Below are positions 25,702 through 33,855 of a stretch of DNA of 64,000 nt, piece after piece (positions within the stretch are counted from its first letter, which is position 1; each line of letters opens with the position of its first letter). The stretch is from positions 92,632 to 156,631 of the forward strand of contig CALRDV010000001.1 in the NCBI GenBank assembly GCA_943355005.1, written 5' to 3'. A model generated the notes under the pieces. The model searched no databases and had not been told where the DNA came from. It saw nothing but the letters and a program-made list of their open reading frames with translations. Source of the DNA: Patescibacteria group bacterium (lineage in GTDB: Bacteria > Patescibacteriota > Microgenomatia > UBA1400 > MFAQ01). The position numbers and the translations under genes were made by a program.

Positions 25702-26556
25702 ATGAACTGGATGAAACATCTCTCCCTCTACTTTCTTCTTTCTGCACTGGTAATCGTTCCAGGTATTTATTCTTTGGTTCGCTATGGCTTTAAACCCTCT
25801 ATCGAATTCACTGGTGGTTCTAGGTTTACCTTAGTTTCCGTCAAGTCCTCATCTGCCGATACCTTAGCAGTATTTAAAGACTACACCCCAGCCTTGGAAT
25901 CAGCGGACAATGGCACTATTACGATTAAATCAAAAGAGGTCTCCCAGGAATCAGTTCAAAAAATTCTAGACAGCGCTAAACCATATAATCCGGACATTAA
26001 GCTAACCAACTTTGAAACCATTGGACCTGCTCTAGGCAAAGAAACTATCAAGAAAACTCTAAATGCTTTAATAATCTCTTCACTTCTTTTACTAGCCTAC
26101 ATAAGTCTGGCCTTTAAACAGCTCAAGTATGGCATCTGTGCCGTTCTAGCTATGTTCCACGATACAATAGTGCTTTTAGGTTCGTTTTCGCTTCTCGGAC
26201 ATTTCTGGGGGGTCGAAGTAGATTTGCTTTTTGTCACTGCAGTTCTGACTATTTTGTCCTTCTCAGTCCACGACACTATTGTGGTTTACGATCGCATTCG
26301 GGAGCTCTCACACAAAAATAAAAATGCGGATTATGTTTCTCTCATCAATCAAGCGGTCACGGAGACCATGGCCAGATCACTCAACAATTCCCTGACCATT
26401 ATCTTTATGCTATTTGCCATGTTCCTCATGGGAGGGGAGACTACCAAATTCTTCGCACTGGCACTTCTAATTGGAACTATCACCGGCACTTATTCCAGCA
26501 CCTTCACCGCCGCGCCTCTTTTAGTTGTCTGGGACAAATTCACCAAGAAAAAATAA
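25702..26556 (+). CDS. secF: Protein translocase subunit SecF.
   Basis: 'FHDTIVLLGSFSLLGHFWGVEVDLLFVTAVLTILSFSVHDTIVVYDRIRE'. Confidence 0.9.
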   Translation: MNWMKHLSLYFLLSALVIVPGIYSLVRYGFKPSIEFTGGSRFTLVSVKSSSADTLAVFKDYTPALESADNGTITIKSKEVSQESVQKILDSAKPYNPDIKLTNFETIGPALGKETIKKTLNALIISSLLLLAYISLAFKQLKYGICAVLAMFHDTIVLLGSFSLLGHFWGVEVDLLFVTAVLTILSFSVHDTIVVYDRIRELSHKNKNADYVSLINQAVTETMARSLNNSLTIIFMLFAMFLMGGETTKFFALALLIGTITGTYSSTFTAAPLLVVWDKFTKKK

Positions 26557-26578
26557 TATCGCAAATATATATTTCGTC

Positions 26579-27274
26579 CTAATCCAAAGGTCTTAATAGT
26601 TCCAGTGACATGTTTGTTGCCGATGTTTTATTAAACATGGTACTTATTCTATAAGATTCAATTGCGCCATTCTCTGACGGCATTATTTTATTAAATATTT
26701 TCTCCAGATTAGCGTTTTTATCCAGCCAATCTTCTTCATCCTCTTTTTTCAGTAGCATTGGCATCCTGTCGTGAAACTCTCTCATTTTGTCATTTGGTTC
26801 AGTCGTAATTATGGTGCATGACTCAATTTTTATGCCATCCTTACCCATCCAAGTTTCATATAATCCGGCAATAGAGAAAAATTCGTTCGTTGTTGGTTTC
26901 ACTAGATAAGGAATTTTCTCAACCCTATTTTCTAAATTAGTTAACGGCTTCCATTCCACAAAATAACCAGCTGGGATGATACACCGTTGGGAATTTTTCC
27001 ACGCATTCGCATAAGTTGGTTTTTCTCTAATAGTTTCAGCTCTAGCATTAAAAGTCGGATATTTAGCGTCTTTAGGGTCTTTAATCCAGCTTGGGATTAG
27101 CCACCAAACCCTTGGAACCAAAGCAGGTAATTCACCACTAATAGTCATTATTTCCGACCTAGGGGTATTTTTCATACCAAGCAATTTTTCATAATTTGAC
27201 GCTTTACTATCTAGGTTAAATTCCTCGATGATTTTGTTTTTTGCCGATGGAAAAAATCCAATTACTCCACACAT
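26579..27274 (-). CDS. SOS-response-associated peptidase (SRAP/YedK/HMCES family, abasic-site processing).
   Basis: N-terminal 'MCGV' (catalytic Cys2); 'IIPAGYFVEWK', 'PTFNARAETI' blocks. Confidence 0.75.
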   Translation of the reverse strand: MCGVIGFFPSAKNKIIEEFNLDSKASNYEKLLGMKNTPRSEIMTISGELPALVPRVWWLIPSWIKDPKDAKYPTFNARAETIREKPTYANAWKNSQRCIIPAGYFVEWKPLTNLENRVEKIPYLVKPTTNEFFSIAGLYETWMGKDGIKIESCTIITTEPNDKMREFHDRMPMLLKKEDEEDWLDKNANLEKIFNKIMPSENGAIESYRISTMFNKTSATNMSLELLRPLD

Positions 27275-27383
27275 TGTTTGTTTTTTTCTAATTCTATAAT
27301 CCTATTTTTCTCGATCTATCTTAACATTTTGTTGACCTAGTCACCTCTGAGGCTATAATATTAGATCTGTCTAGTGGGGTTCA

Positions 27384-28139
27384 TTGACAAATTTTAAAAG
27401 AAAGAAGGTTTTTGTGAAAATAACACATATTTTTCTTTTGCTGGTAATTCTTCTCACTGCTTGTAATATCCCTGGTGTAAGTCAACCTCCGGCAACTTCT
27501 ACACCTACATTAACTTCCACCCCCGTAGCCACAGTGTCTCCTTTCCCGTCTCAGACTCCCACCAACTTTGCTCCGGCGACCGCAACTTCAACTCCGCCGC
27601 CTTCCCTTACTCCTACTCCCGGTTTCCCAACTTTTACCATTACCACTCCCGCCAACTGCAGACAAGGACCTGGCACTGAGTACCCAATCTGGACCGGCAT
27701 TTATAAAGGTCAATCTGTCAGAATCATCGGTATTACTACACCGGACAGACCTACTTGGTGGCTCGTCGAGAAAGACGGTATCAGATGCTGGGTCTCCGGA
27801 ATCTTAGGAGAAACATCCGGTAATTTGTTCGGTATTCCCGTCGTATTTGCACCACCCGTTCCGACTCCGACCAAAGTGACCATTGACGTGCTTTTTGAAA
27901 ATAACACCAGTAGCTACATTTGCCAGATGAATTTCTACGATGGTATCGACCTTGTTGCTACCTTTAATTGGAAGAAGGGAGAATTTGACAACAACGGTTC
28001 AGACAAAATTCTCGCTTTACCGATAGGGGGGTATGATCTCATCGAAGTTTACGACTGTTCCTCGGCTTTGGTTGTCACGCTGAAAAATATCGTGATTAAT
28101 CAGGACAACCACGCCTTTCCACTTCCTCCAGTACCTTAG
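27384..28139 (+). CDS. Lipoprotein with a Thr/Pro-rich linker and a bacterial SH3-like domain.
   Basis: Lipobox 'LLTAC'; SH3b-like 'ANCRQGPGTEYPIWTGIYKGQSVRIIGITTPDRPTWWLVEKDGIRCWVSG'. Confidence 0.55.
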   Translation: MTNFKRKKVFVKITHIFLLLVILLTACNIPGVSQPPATSTPTLTSTPVATVSPFPSQTPTNFAPATATSTPPPSLTPTPGFPTFTITTPANCRQGPGTEYPIWTGIYKGQSVRIIGITTPDRPTWWLVEKDGIRCWVSGILGETSGNLFGIPVVFAPPVPTPTKVTIDVLFENNTSSYICQMNFYDGIDLVATFNWKKGEFDNNGSDKILALPIGGYDLIEVYDCSSALVVTLKNIVINQDNHAFPLPPVP

Positions 28140-28167
28140 CAAATAGTAACAATAGTAAGTAGTAACA

Positions 28168-28205
28168 ATCCTCCCCACAAGACAATCTTGTGGGGATTTT
28201 TTATT
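28168..28205 (+). terminator. Rho-independent terminator.
   Basis: atcctccccacaagacaatcttgtggggattttttatt. Confidence 0.7.
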
Positions 28206-28222
28206 CTGCCTAATAGCCTCTA

Positions 28223-28648
28223 TCAATGAGTGACACAAACGTTTGACTCGCATGTGCAGAAAACATTTTCTCTAGATGGTGCCTCACCATTGCGCCTTCC
28301 TACCGATTCAGCCTCCTTTTGTATTTTTGCTACATATTCAGGGGTATGACACCCTCCGGTGAACCATATGTATTTACAATCATCATTCTGATTACACGAA
28401 TCTTCATTCTTTTTAACATTGTCTACGTTTTGTTCCGTTCGGGTGATATTTACTCTAGATTTCGCAAGCGAAATAACGAGTCGAATAATTAATGGGCTAT
28501 TCCATCCGATATCACCTTCATTAGGACAGTAACGAGCTGGTTTTCCTGGCGGAGTTTCACAAAAAATTATGCCATAACGGAAAGGTATGGGGGTGAATAA
28601 AAATATGATTATTATGAGAACAAGTGCTAGCGATATTTTCTTAAGCAT
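28223..28648 (-). CDS. Secreted Cys-rich hypothetical protein.
   Basis: Signal/TM 'ISLALVLIIIIFLFTPIPF'; 8 Cys. Confidence 0.45.
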   Translation of the reverse strand: MLKKISLALVLIIIIFLFTPIPFRYGIIFCETPPGKPARYCPNEGDIGWNSPLIIRLVISLAKSRVNITRTEQNVDNVKKNEDSCNQNDDCKYIWFTGGCHTPEYVAKIQKEAESVGRRNGEAPSRENVFCTCESNVCVTH

Positions 28649-28689
28649 AATCTCAGCATATCAGAAATGGGTATATCAAATACCAACTA

Positions 28690-28730
28690 GCTCGCTGGGT
28701 TGGACGACTATCGAACCATTGCCGAAATAG
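28690..28730 (+). repeat. Copy 1 of a ~45-bp direct repeat (consensus about TTGCTCGCTnGrrGGGACGATTTTCGAACTATTTCAGmACAAA).
   Basis: gctcgctgggttggacgactatcgaaccattgccgaaatag. Confidence 0.6.
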
Positions 28731-28770
28731 AATTAAGCTCTGAAGACGCCACTAATGATATAATATAATT

Positions 28771-29007
28771 ATGAAAACAATGACATGTAGCCAACTCGCT
28801 GGAGCTTGCGAAATGAAGTTTAGTGCGGAAACATTTGGTGAAATTGCACAGCTTAGTCAGCAGCACGGCACAGAGATGTTTAAAGCAGGCGACGCACAAC
28901 ATCTATCTGCACAGCAAGAAATGATGAAACTAATGTCCGACCCATCTGCAATGCAAAAATGGATGGATCAAAAACAACAAGAGTTCGACTCGCTCCCGGA
29001 AGATTAG
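28771..29007 (+). CDS. DUF1059-like small protein (MKTMTC...C motif).
   Basis: 'MKTMTCSQLAGACEMKFSAETFGEI...' matches the DUF1059 N-terminal pattern from memory. Confidence 0.55.
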   Translation: MKTMTCSQLAGACEMKFSAETFGEIAQLSQQHGTEMFKAGDAQHLSAQQEMMKLMSDPSAMQKWMDQKQQEFDSLPED

Positions 29008-29015
29008 TTAATTTA

Positions 29016-29062
29016 TTTGCTATCCGGGTGGGACGATTTTCGAACTATTTCAGAACAAAGTT
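29016..29062 (+). repeat. Copy 2 of the ~45-bp direct repeat.
   Basis: ttgctatccgggtgggacgattttcgaactatttcagaacaaagttt. Confidence 0.65.
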
Positions 29063-29066
29063 TTGC

Positions 29067-29495
29067 TTATCTTGTCTGTGAGTAAATCTCCGTTTCAGTC
29101 CAATTCCATGCATACCAGACAATATACAAGGTACACGCAATTTCTATAGCAGAGAAAAACGCGTAATACATTGTTGGCGTTCCGATAAATAACGTCAATG
29201 TTTGGACAGCAGTCATTATTATGCCTGAGATAATGTTTGCCTTGCGATTTGCCTTATTCTTCAATATTCGAGATAAAAGAACCATACCAATCGGAATCTC
29301 CAATAGAAATGCTGCTCCCAATAAAAACCCTGGTGTTAGCTGAATTGTCACATCTTTTATAGGATCCATTACCGTAATAACATCGCAATAAAGATAATTG
29401 AGAAGTGCAAACAACCATAATGTTGAAAGCATTACTTTCTTGTCCATAGATTTTTTACTTGTAATCATTTTTTCTTTCATAAAGAATGCTAACAC
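29067..29495 (-). CDS. Hypothetical 4-TM membrane protein.
   Basis: Hydrophobic helices; flanked on both sides by direct repeats. Confidence 0.5.
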   Translation of the reverse strand: MLAFFMKEKMITSKKSMDKKVMLSTLWLFALLNYLYCDVITVMDPIKDVTIQLTPGFLLGAAFLLEIPIGMVLLSRILKNKANRKANIISGIIMTAVQTLTLFIGTPTMYYAFFSAIEIACTLYIVWYAWNWTETEIYSQTR

Positions 29496-29523
29496 AAACA
29501 GCAGAAGTCAATTTCGAGTCCAA

Positions 29524-29568
29524 ATTGCTCGCTAGAAGGGACGATTTTCGAACTATTTCAGCACAAAA
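29524..29568 (+). repeat. Copy 3 of the ~45-bp direct repeat.
   Basis: attgctcgctagaagggacgattttcgaactatttcagcacaaaa. Confidence 0.65.
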
Positions 29569-30227
29569 TCTTTAAATACTTCAGCTGTGTCTGAAGAGAT
29601 AAACTTATCGGACAAACACAATTTAACATTACATAATTTTACCTCCCCCCTATGTTCTGGAATATTCAATAAAATTTCTCTTTCTTTTAAGACCAATCTC
29701 TCCGTAAATCTACCCAAAAAGCTGTAAGGGAAATTCCAATACTCTTCTTTGATGACTGGTACAAATCCATTCTTGACCCAAATGTCCGTTAAATTTTTTC
29801 TTAAGTTATAGATTTCAACTTCTTGGTCACAGACTCCAATGATTCCCGACTGAGCAAATAACGGATAAATGAATTTGCATGTCAGTCTTCTGTGGGTCAA
29901 AAAAAATGATTCTAAGTCAACAGTCAAACTCGCAAGCCTAGTCTCATCTACAAACTCATTTTCCAACAAAGAAGACTGAAGTGTAATGTGTAATGACTCC
30001 GAAGATTGCCAATATATTTTATTAATCAAAGATTTAGTAATTGCCAATTTTACTTCTCTGAAGATATCTCTAGCAATTCTATTGTCAATAAAAATTTGTA
30101 ACCCAAGAAATCGCTGTTTCCTACCTTTTTCAATATTTAAAACATCCACCCCATCAAGCATCGCTCTATGCTGGTAGTCGACCACTCTTTCCCTCCATTT
30201 ATTTTCCACGGTAACCAATTCTACCAA
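29553..30227 (-). CDS. Hypothetical protein (224 aa).
   Basis: ORF only; no recognised motif. Confidence 0.45.
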   Translation of the reverse strand: MVELVTVENKWRERVVDYQHRAMLDGVDVLNIEKGRKQRFLGLQIFIDNRIARDIFREVKLAITKSLINKIYWQSSESLHITLQSSLLENEFVDETRLASLTVDLESFFLTHRRLTCKFIYPLFAQSGIIGVCDQEVEIYNLRKNLTDIWVKNGFVPVIKEEYWNFPYSFLGRFTERLVLKEREILLNIPEHRGEVKLCNVKLCLSDKFISSDTAEVFKDFVLK

Positions 30228-30293
30228 AATTAGATTCCTGTCTTCTACCCACTTAATTATGTTAAAATAATCTTATAATAAAAAAGGAGGCAC

Positions 30294-30530
30294 ATGCCTA
30301 CAATACTCATTGAAATCGTCGGTTGGGCAGGAATGATCGCTATTCTGGCAGCTTACTGGCTAGTGGCAGCCGGGAAAGTCAAGTCGGACTCGAAGTTTTA
30401 TCAGCTTCTTAATCTTCTTGGTGCTTTGTTTGTCATCATAAATGTAGGTTATCATGGTGCAATTCCTTCTGTAGCACTAAACGTAGTCTGGCTTCTAATT
30501 GCTCTTTGGAGTCTCATCAGGAAACAGTAA
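30294..30530 (+). CDS. Small 2-3-TM membrane protein (78 aa).
   Basis: RBS 'aaaggagg' upstream; followed by a terminator. Confidence 0.55.
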   Translation: MPTILIEIVGWAGMIAILAAYWLVAAGKVKSDSKFYQLLNLLGALFVIINVGYHGAIPSVALNVVWLLIALWSLIRKQ

Positions 30531-30535
30531 ACTTT

Positions 30536-30565
30536 AATCCCCAAGATTTATGGGGATTATTTTTA
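30536..30565 (+). terminator. Rho-independent terminator.
   Basis: aatccccaagatttatggggattattttt. Confidence 0.65.
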
Positions 30566-30883
30566 GCATTTATCTTTCTATATAATATATTTATGACCGA
30601 AAATATCCCTCCTGCTCCAACAGAGAAGAATATGGATGAGCTAGACTTGGATCGAGCCTCAAATGAAGGCATGACAGAAACGGAGTGGATAGACGCGGAT
30701 CTGCTTGCCATTTTAATCGAAGACCTTCGAAACGGCCTTACTCCGGGCTAACAGCTACTTACTGTTACTAACAGTTACAGACCCTGACTCCATGGCATCT
30801 TCGGCCATTTGCACCTCTATTACTTCCAGCCCAGGGAGCAATTTTAGGCACGGTCCACATCTACATCGTGATACCATTAGACT

Positions 30884-31228
30884 ATGATAATAATACTTAC
30901 TTCTCCTCAAAAAGAAGACTGGGTCCCAGTGCTGGATTCTCTTCTTCGACGTGTCCATTCTGCAAAGATAGACGGAAACACAATATACTTCGGAAATAAA
31001 AAAGTTGGTACTTACCATTTATCGGATCAAGAATTCCAAGTTGAAGGAGATTGGGAAAGAGGTGTAAAGTGTGCTGCTTCGGTAATTGCCGGAACAACTT
31101 TGGTTGGGTTTAGCGGATCAATCACCGTGGACGGCCGGCTCGTAGAACTTCAAGATTTGCAAACAGCTGTGGGAGACTTAATAGCCGAAGAAAACTTTAA
31201 TTTAGCAAATATAAGCTCCAAAAACTAA
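30884..31228 (+). CDS. Hypothetical protein (114 aa) in a compositionally atypical segment.
   Basis: ORF; higher GC than the surroundings. Confidence 0.4.
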   Translation: MIIILTSPQKEDWVPVLDSLLRRVHSAKIDGNTIYFGNKKVGTYHLSDQEFQVEGDWERGVKCAASVIAGTTLVGFSGSITVDGRLVELQDLQTAVGDLIAEENFNLANISSKN

Positions 31229-31229
31229 T

Positions 31230-32279
31230 ATGGGAGAAGCCGACATGGAAAAATATGCAGTTGCAGAAACAGACAGGCCTCAGGGGAAAAAGGCAGATAA
31301 TCTCGCAGCCATGTCCGCCGAAAGTATGATGCGTAAGAGAGCAAGAGATGAAGCGACCCAGGGGAAAGCAGCCGCTATTCCAGCTGCAGAAAAAGCTACA
31401 CCATTTCAATCGGAAGCGGTGAGTCTAATGTTCCCAGAACGGACCCCTGACGAGTGGGGCAAGCTCCTTAACAAACATGTCAACCAGAATGTTTCGGCTG
31501 CTAATGGGGTTCTAATCCCAGAAGAGAGTCCGGCAGCAATAGCAATGGTACTAAAAGAGATGCCGAATAATATGAGAGCCGTGGCCACAGCTCAAACTCT
31601 TGATTACCTTGAGAAGTACGCTCCTTCTGTTGCCGTTGAAGTGAAAACTTCTCTTTCTAAAGCAGGGGAGCAATCAATATCTTTATCAGCATCGAAAAAT
31701 GAAGTTGAAACTCCGGGTCCCAATAGTCCGGAAAAAACCATTATAAAACATGAAGAATCATTATTCCCCGGTGTTAACTGGCAATTTATGACTTCTTCCG
31801 AATGGAAAGAAGTTTCTGATGAAGAAGATATTTTTAGAGTGTACATCGATGTCCCACCTGTTGAACATCTCTCTGCAGCACGCTTAACAAAAGCAGTTGC
31901 TGAAAAGTTTGATAAACCCATTGATTGGAAATTTATTCAAAGTGGAGACAATGCAGAAACATACCTTGCTCAGAAAAACGAAAGCAAAATTGTAGTTCGA
32001 TGTGCCACGGAAGAGGACGCAAAGCGATTTGCTGAAACATTTGCCAATGCACCTGAAGCAAAAAAATTACACAGTTTTGGGTCAGATTTTGCAAGCAACT
32101 CTGTGGGAGAAAATGGTGTTGTGTCTTACGGTAGGGGTTCAAAGGAAAAGAGATCGTCATACCGAGAAATTGCACGGTCTTCTTATGATGACTACATTTC
32201 TAGAAATCCAAGAAGGGCTGGGGTTTCAAGGGAAAATTTTAATCGGTGGGTGCAGGAAGCCAAAAAATACGGGTTTTAA
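31230..32279 (+). CDS. Hypothetical protein (349 aa), no signal peptide, in a compositionally atypical segment.
   Basis: Long ORF with Ala/Glu-rich codon usage unlike neighbouring genes. Confidence 0.5.
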   Translation: MGEADMEKYAVAETDRPQGKKADNLAAMSAESMMRKRARDEATQGKAAAIPAAEKATPFQSEAVSLMFPERTPDEWGKLLNKHVNQNVSAANGVLIPEESPAAIAMVLKEMPNNMRAVATAQTLDYLEKYAPSVAVEVKTSLSKAGEQSISLSASKNEVETPGPNSPEKTIIKHEESLFPGVNWQFMTSSEWKEVSDEEDIFRVYIDVPPVEHLSAARLTKAVAEKFDKPIDWKFIQSGDNAETYLAQKNESKIVVRCATEEDAKRFAETFANAPEAKKLHSFGSDFASNSVGENGVVSYGRGSKEKRSSYREIARSSYDDYISRNPRRAGVSRENFNRWVQEAKKYGF

Positions 32280-32280
32280 G

Positions 32281-33816
32281 TTAATTCACCTGACTAATAT
32301 CCACAATCCTTTTCAGCAAGTACTCTCGGTTATTTTTGCTGGTATCCTCCAGAACTTCATCAAACAACTCTTTGAGAACTTTGCCGATTATTGGTCCTGG
32401 TTTAACATTCAAGACCTCCATCACATCAAGTCCGTTTACCACAATATCATTAATTTCCATTGGTTCAAAGAGTTGTTCGCCAATTCTTTTTTGCAACTCC
32501 ATAAATCTCCAGCTTGTAGTCTTAGCCCCACTGCCCTTACGGTCGGCTATTCTTAGTAGTACAAGATCACTGATATTTTCTTTCCCCACTTTTCTAATCA
32601 GTCTTCGGATGGCTGCATCAGTCATCTCCGGCTGATATGCAAACATATGCCAGCGGACCAAAGTTACAATTTTATCAATTTCCTTTCTACTAAATTTTAG
32701 TCTCTCGACGATTTCTTTTACCATTTTTGCCCCAATTACTTCATGTCCATAAAAAGTTACCATCCCTCTGGTAGGTTGCATGAAACCGCAGTTGGCACAC
32801 GTCGTCAAATCATCAGAAAGATCCCTGTACATTTTTCCGCACTTTCGGCATTTAAAGCGCTGACTTCTGGGTTTTCCAATATCGTGAACAAGTGTAGCAA
32901 GTCGTATTATTGGATCAGGGGATGGACACTCTTGAAGAGCTTCCAGCATGTGCTCCAGAGCTGTTAATTTGTGATGCCCTCCTTGGATAATCCCTTTACC
33001 CTCCATAATTTCGGGCATAAAATGATTAATTAAGCCGGTCGATATTAACATTCGCATGCCGTCAGCCGGATAATTTGACCCCAAGATTTTCATGAATTCT
33101 TCCCGAATTCTTTCCTTACTAATTTTCTCCAGCAGTTCTGCTCTTTCCGATATTGCCGCTAAGGTTTTTTCTTCTATAACAAATCCCATTTTTGCCGCAA
33201 ATCTTATGGCCCTCAACATTCTCAAAGCATCTTCATTAAATCGAATTCTTGGCTCTCCAACAGCCCTAATCAACCCTTTCTCAAAGTCTTCCAACCCACC
33301 CACCATATCAATCAACTCAAATTCCTGCTTAATACTGTCACTTTCACTCTTGTCATTCCGGGCTTGACCCGGAATCCATCCGGATAATTTATTTTTTTCA
33401 TTTTTTATTCCCACCACCATCGCATTTATCGTAAAGTCCCTTCTGGTTACATCTTCTTCCAGTGTTTGTCCCCAAGAAACATTGTCTGGTCTTCGATAGT
33501 CGGAGTATTCTTTTTCAGATCTAAAAGTCGTAATCTCATAAAGTTCTTCCTTTTCTCCAACCATTACATTATAAGAAACAGTTCCAAAGTCGTTATTGTA
33601 GAAAGGACTATGCATCTTAAGTACTTCCAAACTTTGCTCCGGAGTAGCATTAGTTGTCAAATCGCAATTTTCCGGAACTCTACCCATTATCAGATTTCTG
33701 ACTCCTCCTCCAACCAAATATATTTCAAATCCGGCTTCAAGATACTCTTTCATTACCCCTTTTAAAGGAGTCGGCAAAAGTGATTTTTCATCCGGTAAAA
33801 GTAGTCTGGTATACAC
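32281..33816 (-). CDS. cca: CCA-adding tRNA nucleotidyltransferase (class II head + HD domain). It carries a Zn-ribbon insertion inside the HD domain and an in-frame palindromic-repeat insertion.
   Basis: 'LVGGGVRNLIMGRVPENCDLTTNATPEQ'; 'RRDFTINAM'; HD 'LVHDIGK...FYGHEVIGA'. Insert 'FKCRKCGKMYRDLSDDLTTCANCG'. Repeat peptide 'GWIPGQARNDKS'. Confidence 0.85.
   Translation of the reverse strand: MYTRLLLPDEKSLLPTPLKGVMKEYLEAGFEIYLVGGGVRNLIMGRVPENCDLTTNATPEQSLEVLKMHSPFYNNDFGTVSYNVMVGEKEELYEITTFRSEKEYSDYRRPDNVSWGQTLEEDVTRRDFTINAMVVGIKNEKNKLSGWIPGQARNDKSESDSIKQEFELIDMVGGLEDFEKGLIRAVGEPRIRFNEDALRMLRAIRFAAKMGFVIEEKTLAAISERAELLEKISKERIREEFMKILGSNYPADGMRMLISTGLINHFMPEIMEGKGIIQGGHHKLTALEHMLEALQECPSPDPIIRLATLVHDIGKPRSQRFKCRKCGKMYRDLSDDLTTCANCGFMQPTRGMVTFYGHEVIGAKMVKEIVERLKFSRKEIDKIVTLVRWHMFAYQPEMTDAAIRRLIRKVGKENISDLVLLRIADRKGSGAKTTSWRFMELQKRIGEQLFEPMEINDIVVNGLDVMEVLNVKPGPIIGKVLKELFDEVLEDTSKNNREYLLKRIVDISQVN
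32755..32871 (-). other. CxxC...CxxC zinc-ribbon insertion (about 39 aa) within the HD domain of the CCA enzyme.
   Basis: 'HDIGK|PRSQRFKCRKCGKMYRDLSDDLTTCANCGFMQPTRGMVT|FYGHEVIG'. Confidence 0.5.
33351..33384 (+). repeat. A-type palindromic repeat inserted in-frame in cca (read on the minus strand as WIPGQARND).
   Basis: tgtcattccgggcttgacccggaatccatccgg. Confidence 0.85.
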
Positions 33817-33855
33817 GTCTAAATCTTACCACTCAATTCACGGTAGAATAAGCAT

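Noticed and set aside
28690-30227. Integron (cassette array with attC sites).
   Set aside because: There is no intI integrase or attI/Pc in the window, and the 45-bp repeats lack the R''-L''/L'-R' inverted-repeat organisation of attC. Kept only as 'cassette-like' in the findings.
30506-30751. 81-aa ORF starting at 30506.
   Set aside because: Its 5' part overlaps the terminator hairpin of the upstream gene. At most a shorter 52-aa acidic peptide (from M at about 30592) could be real, and there is no supporting signal.
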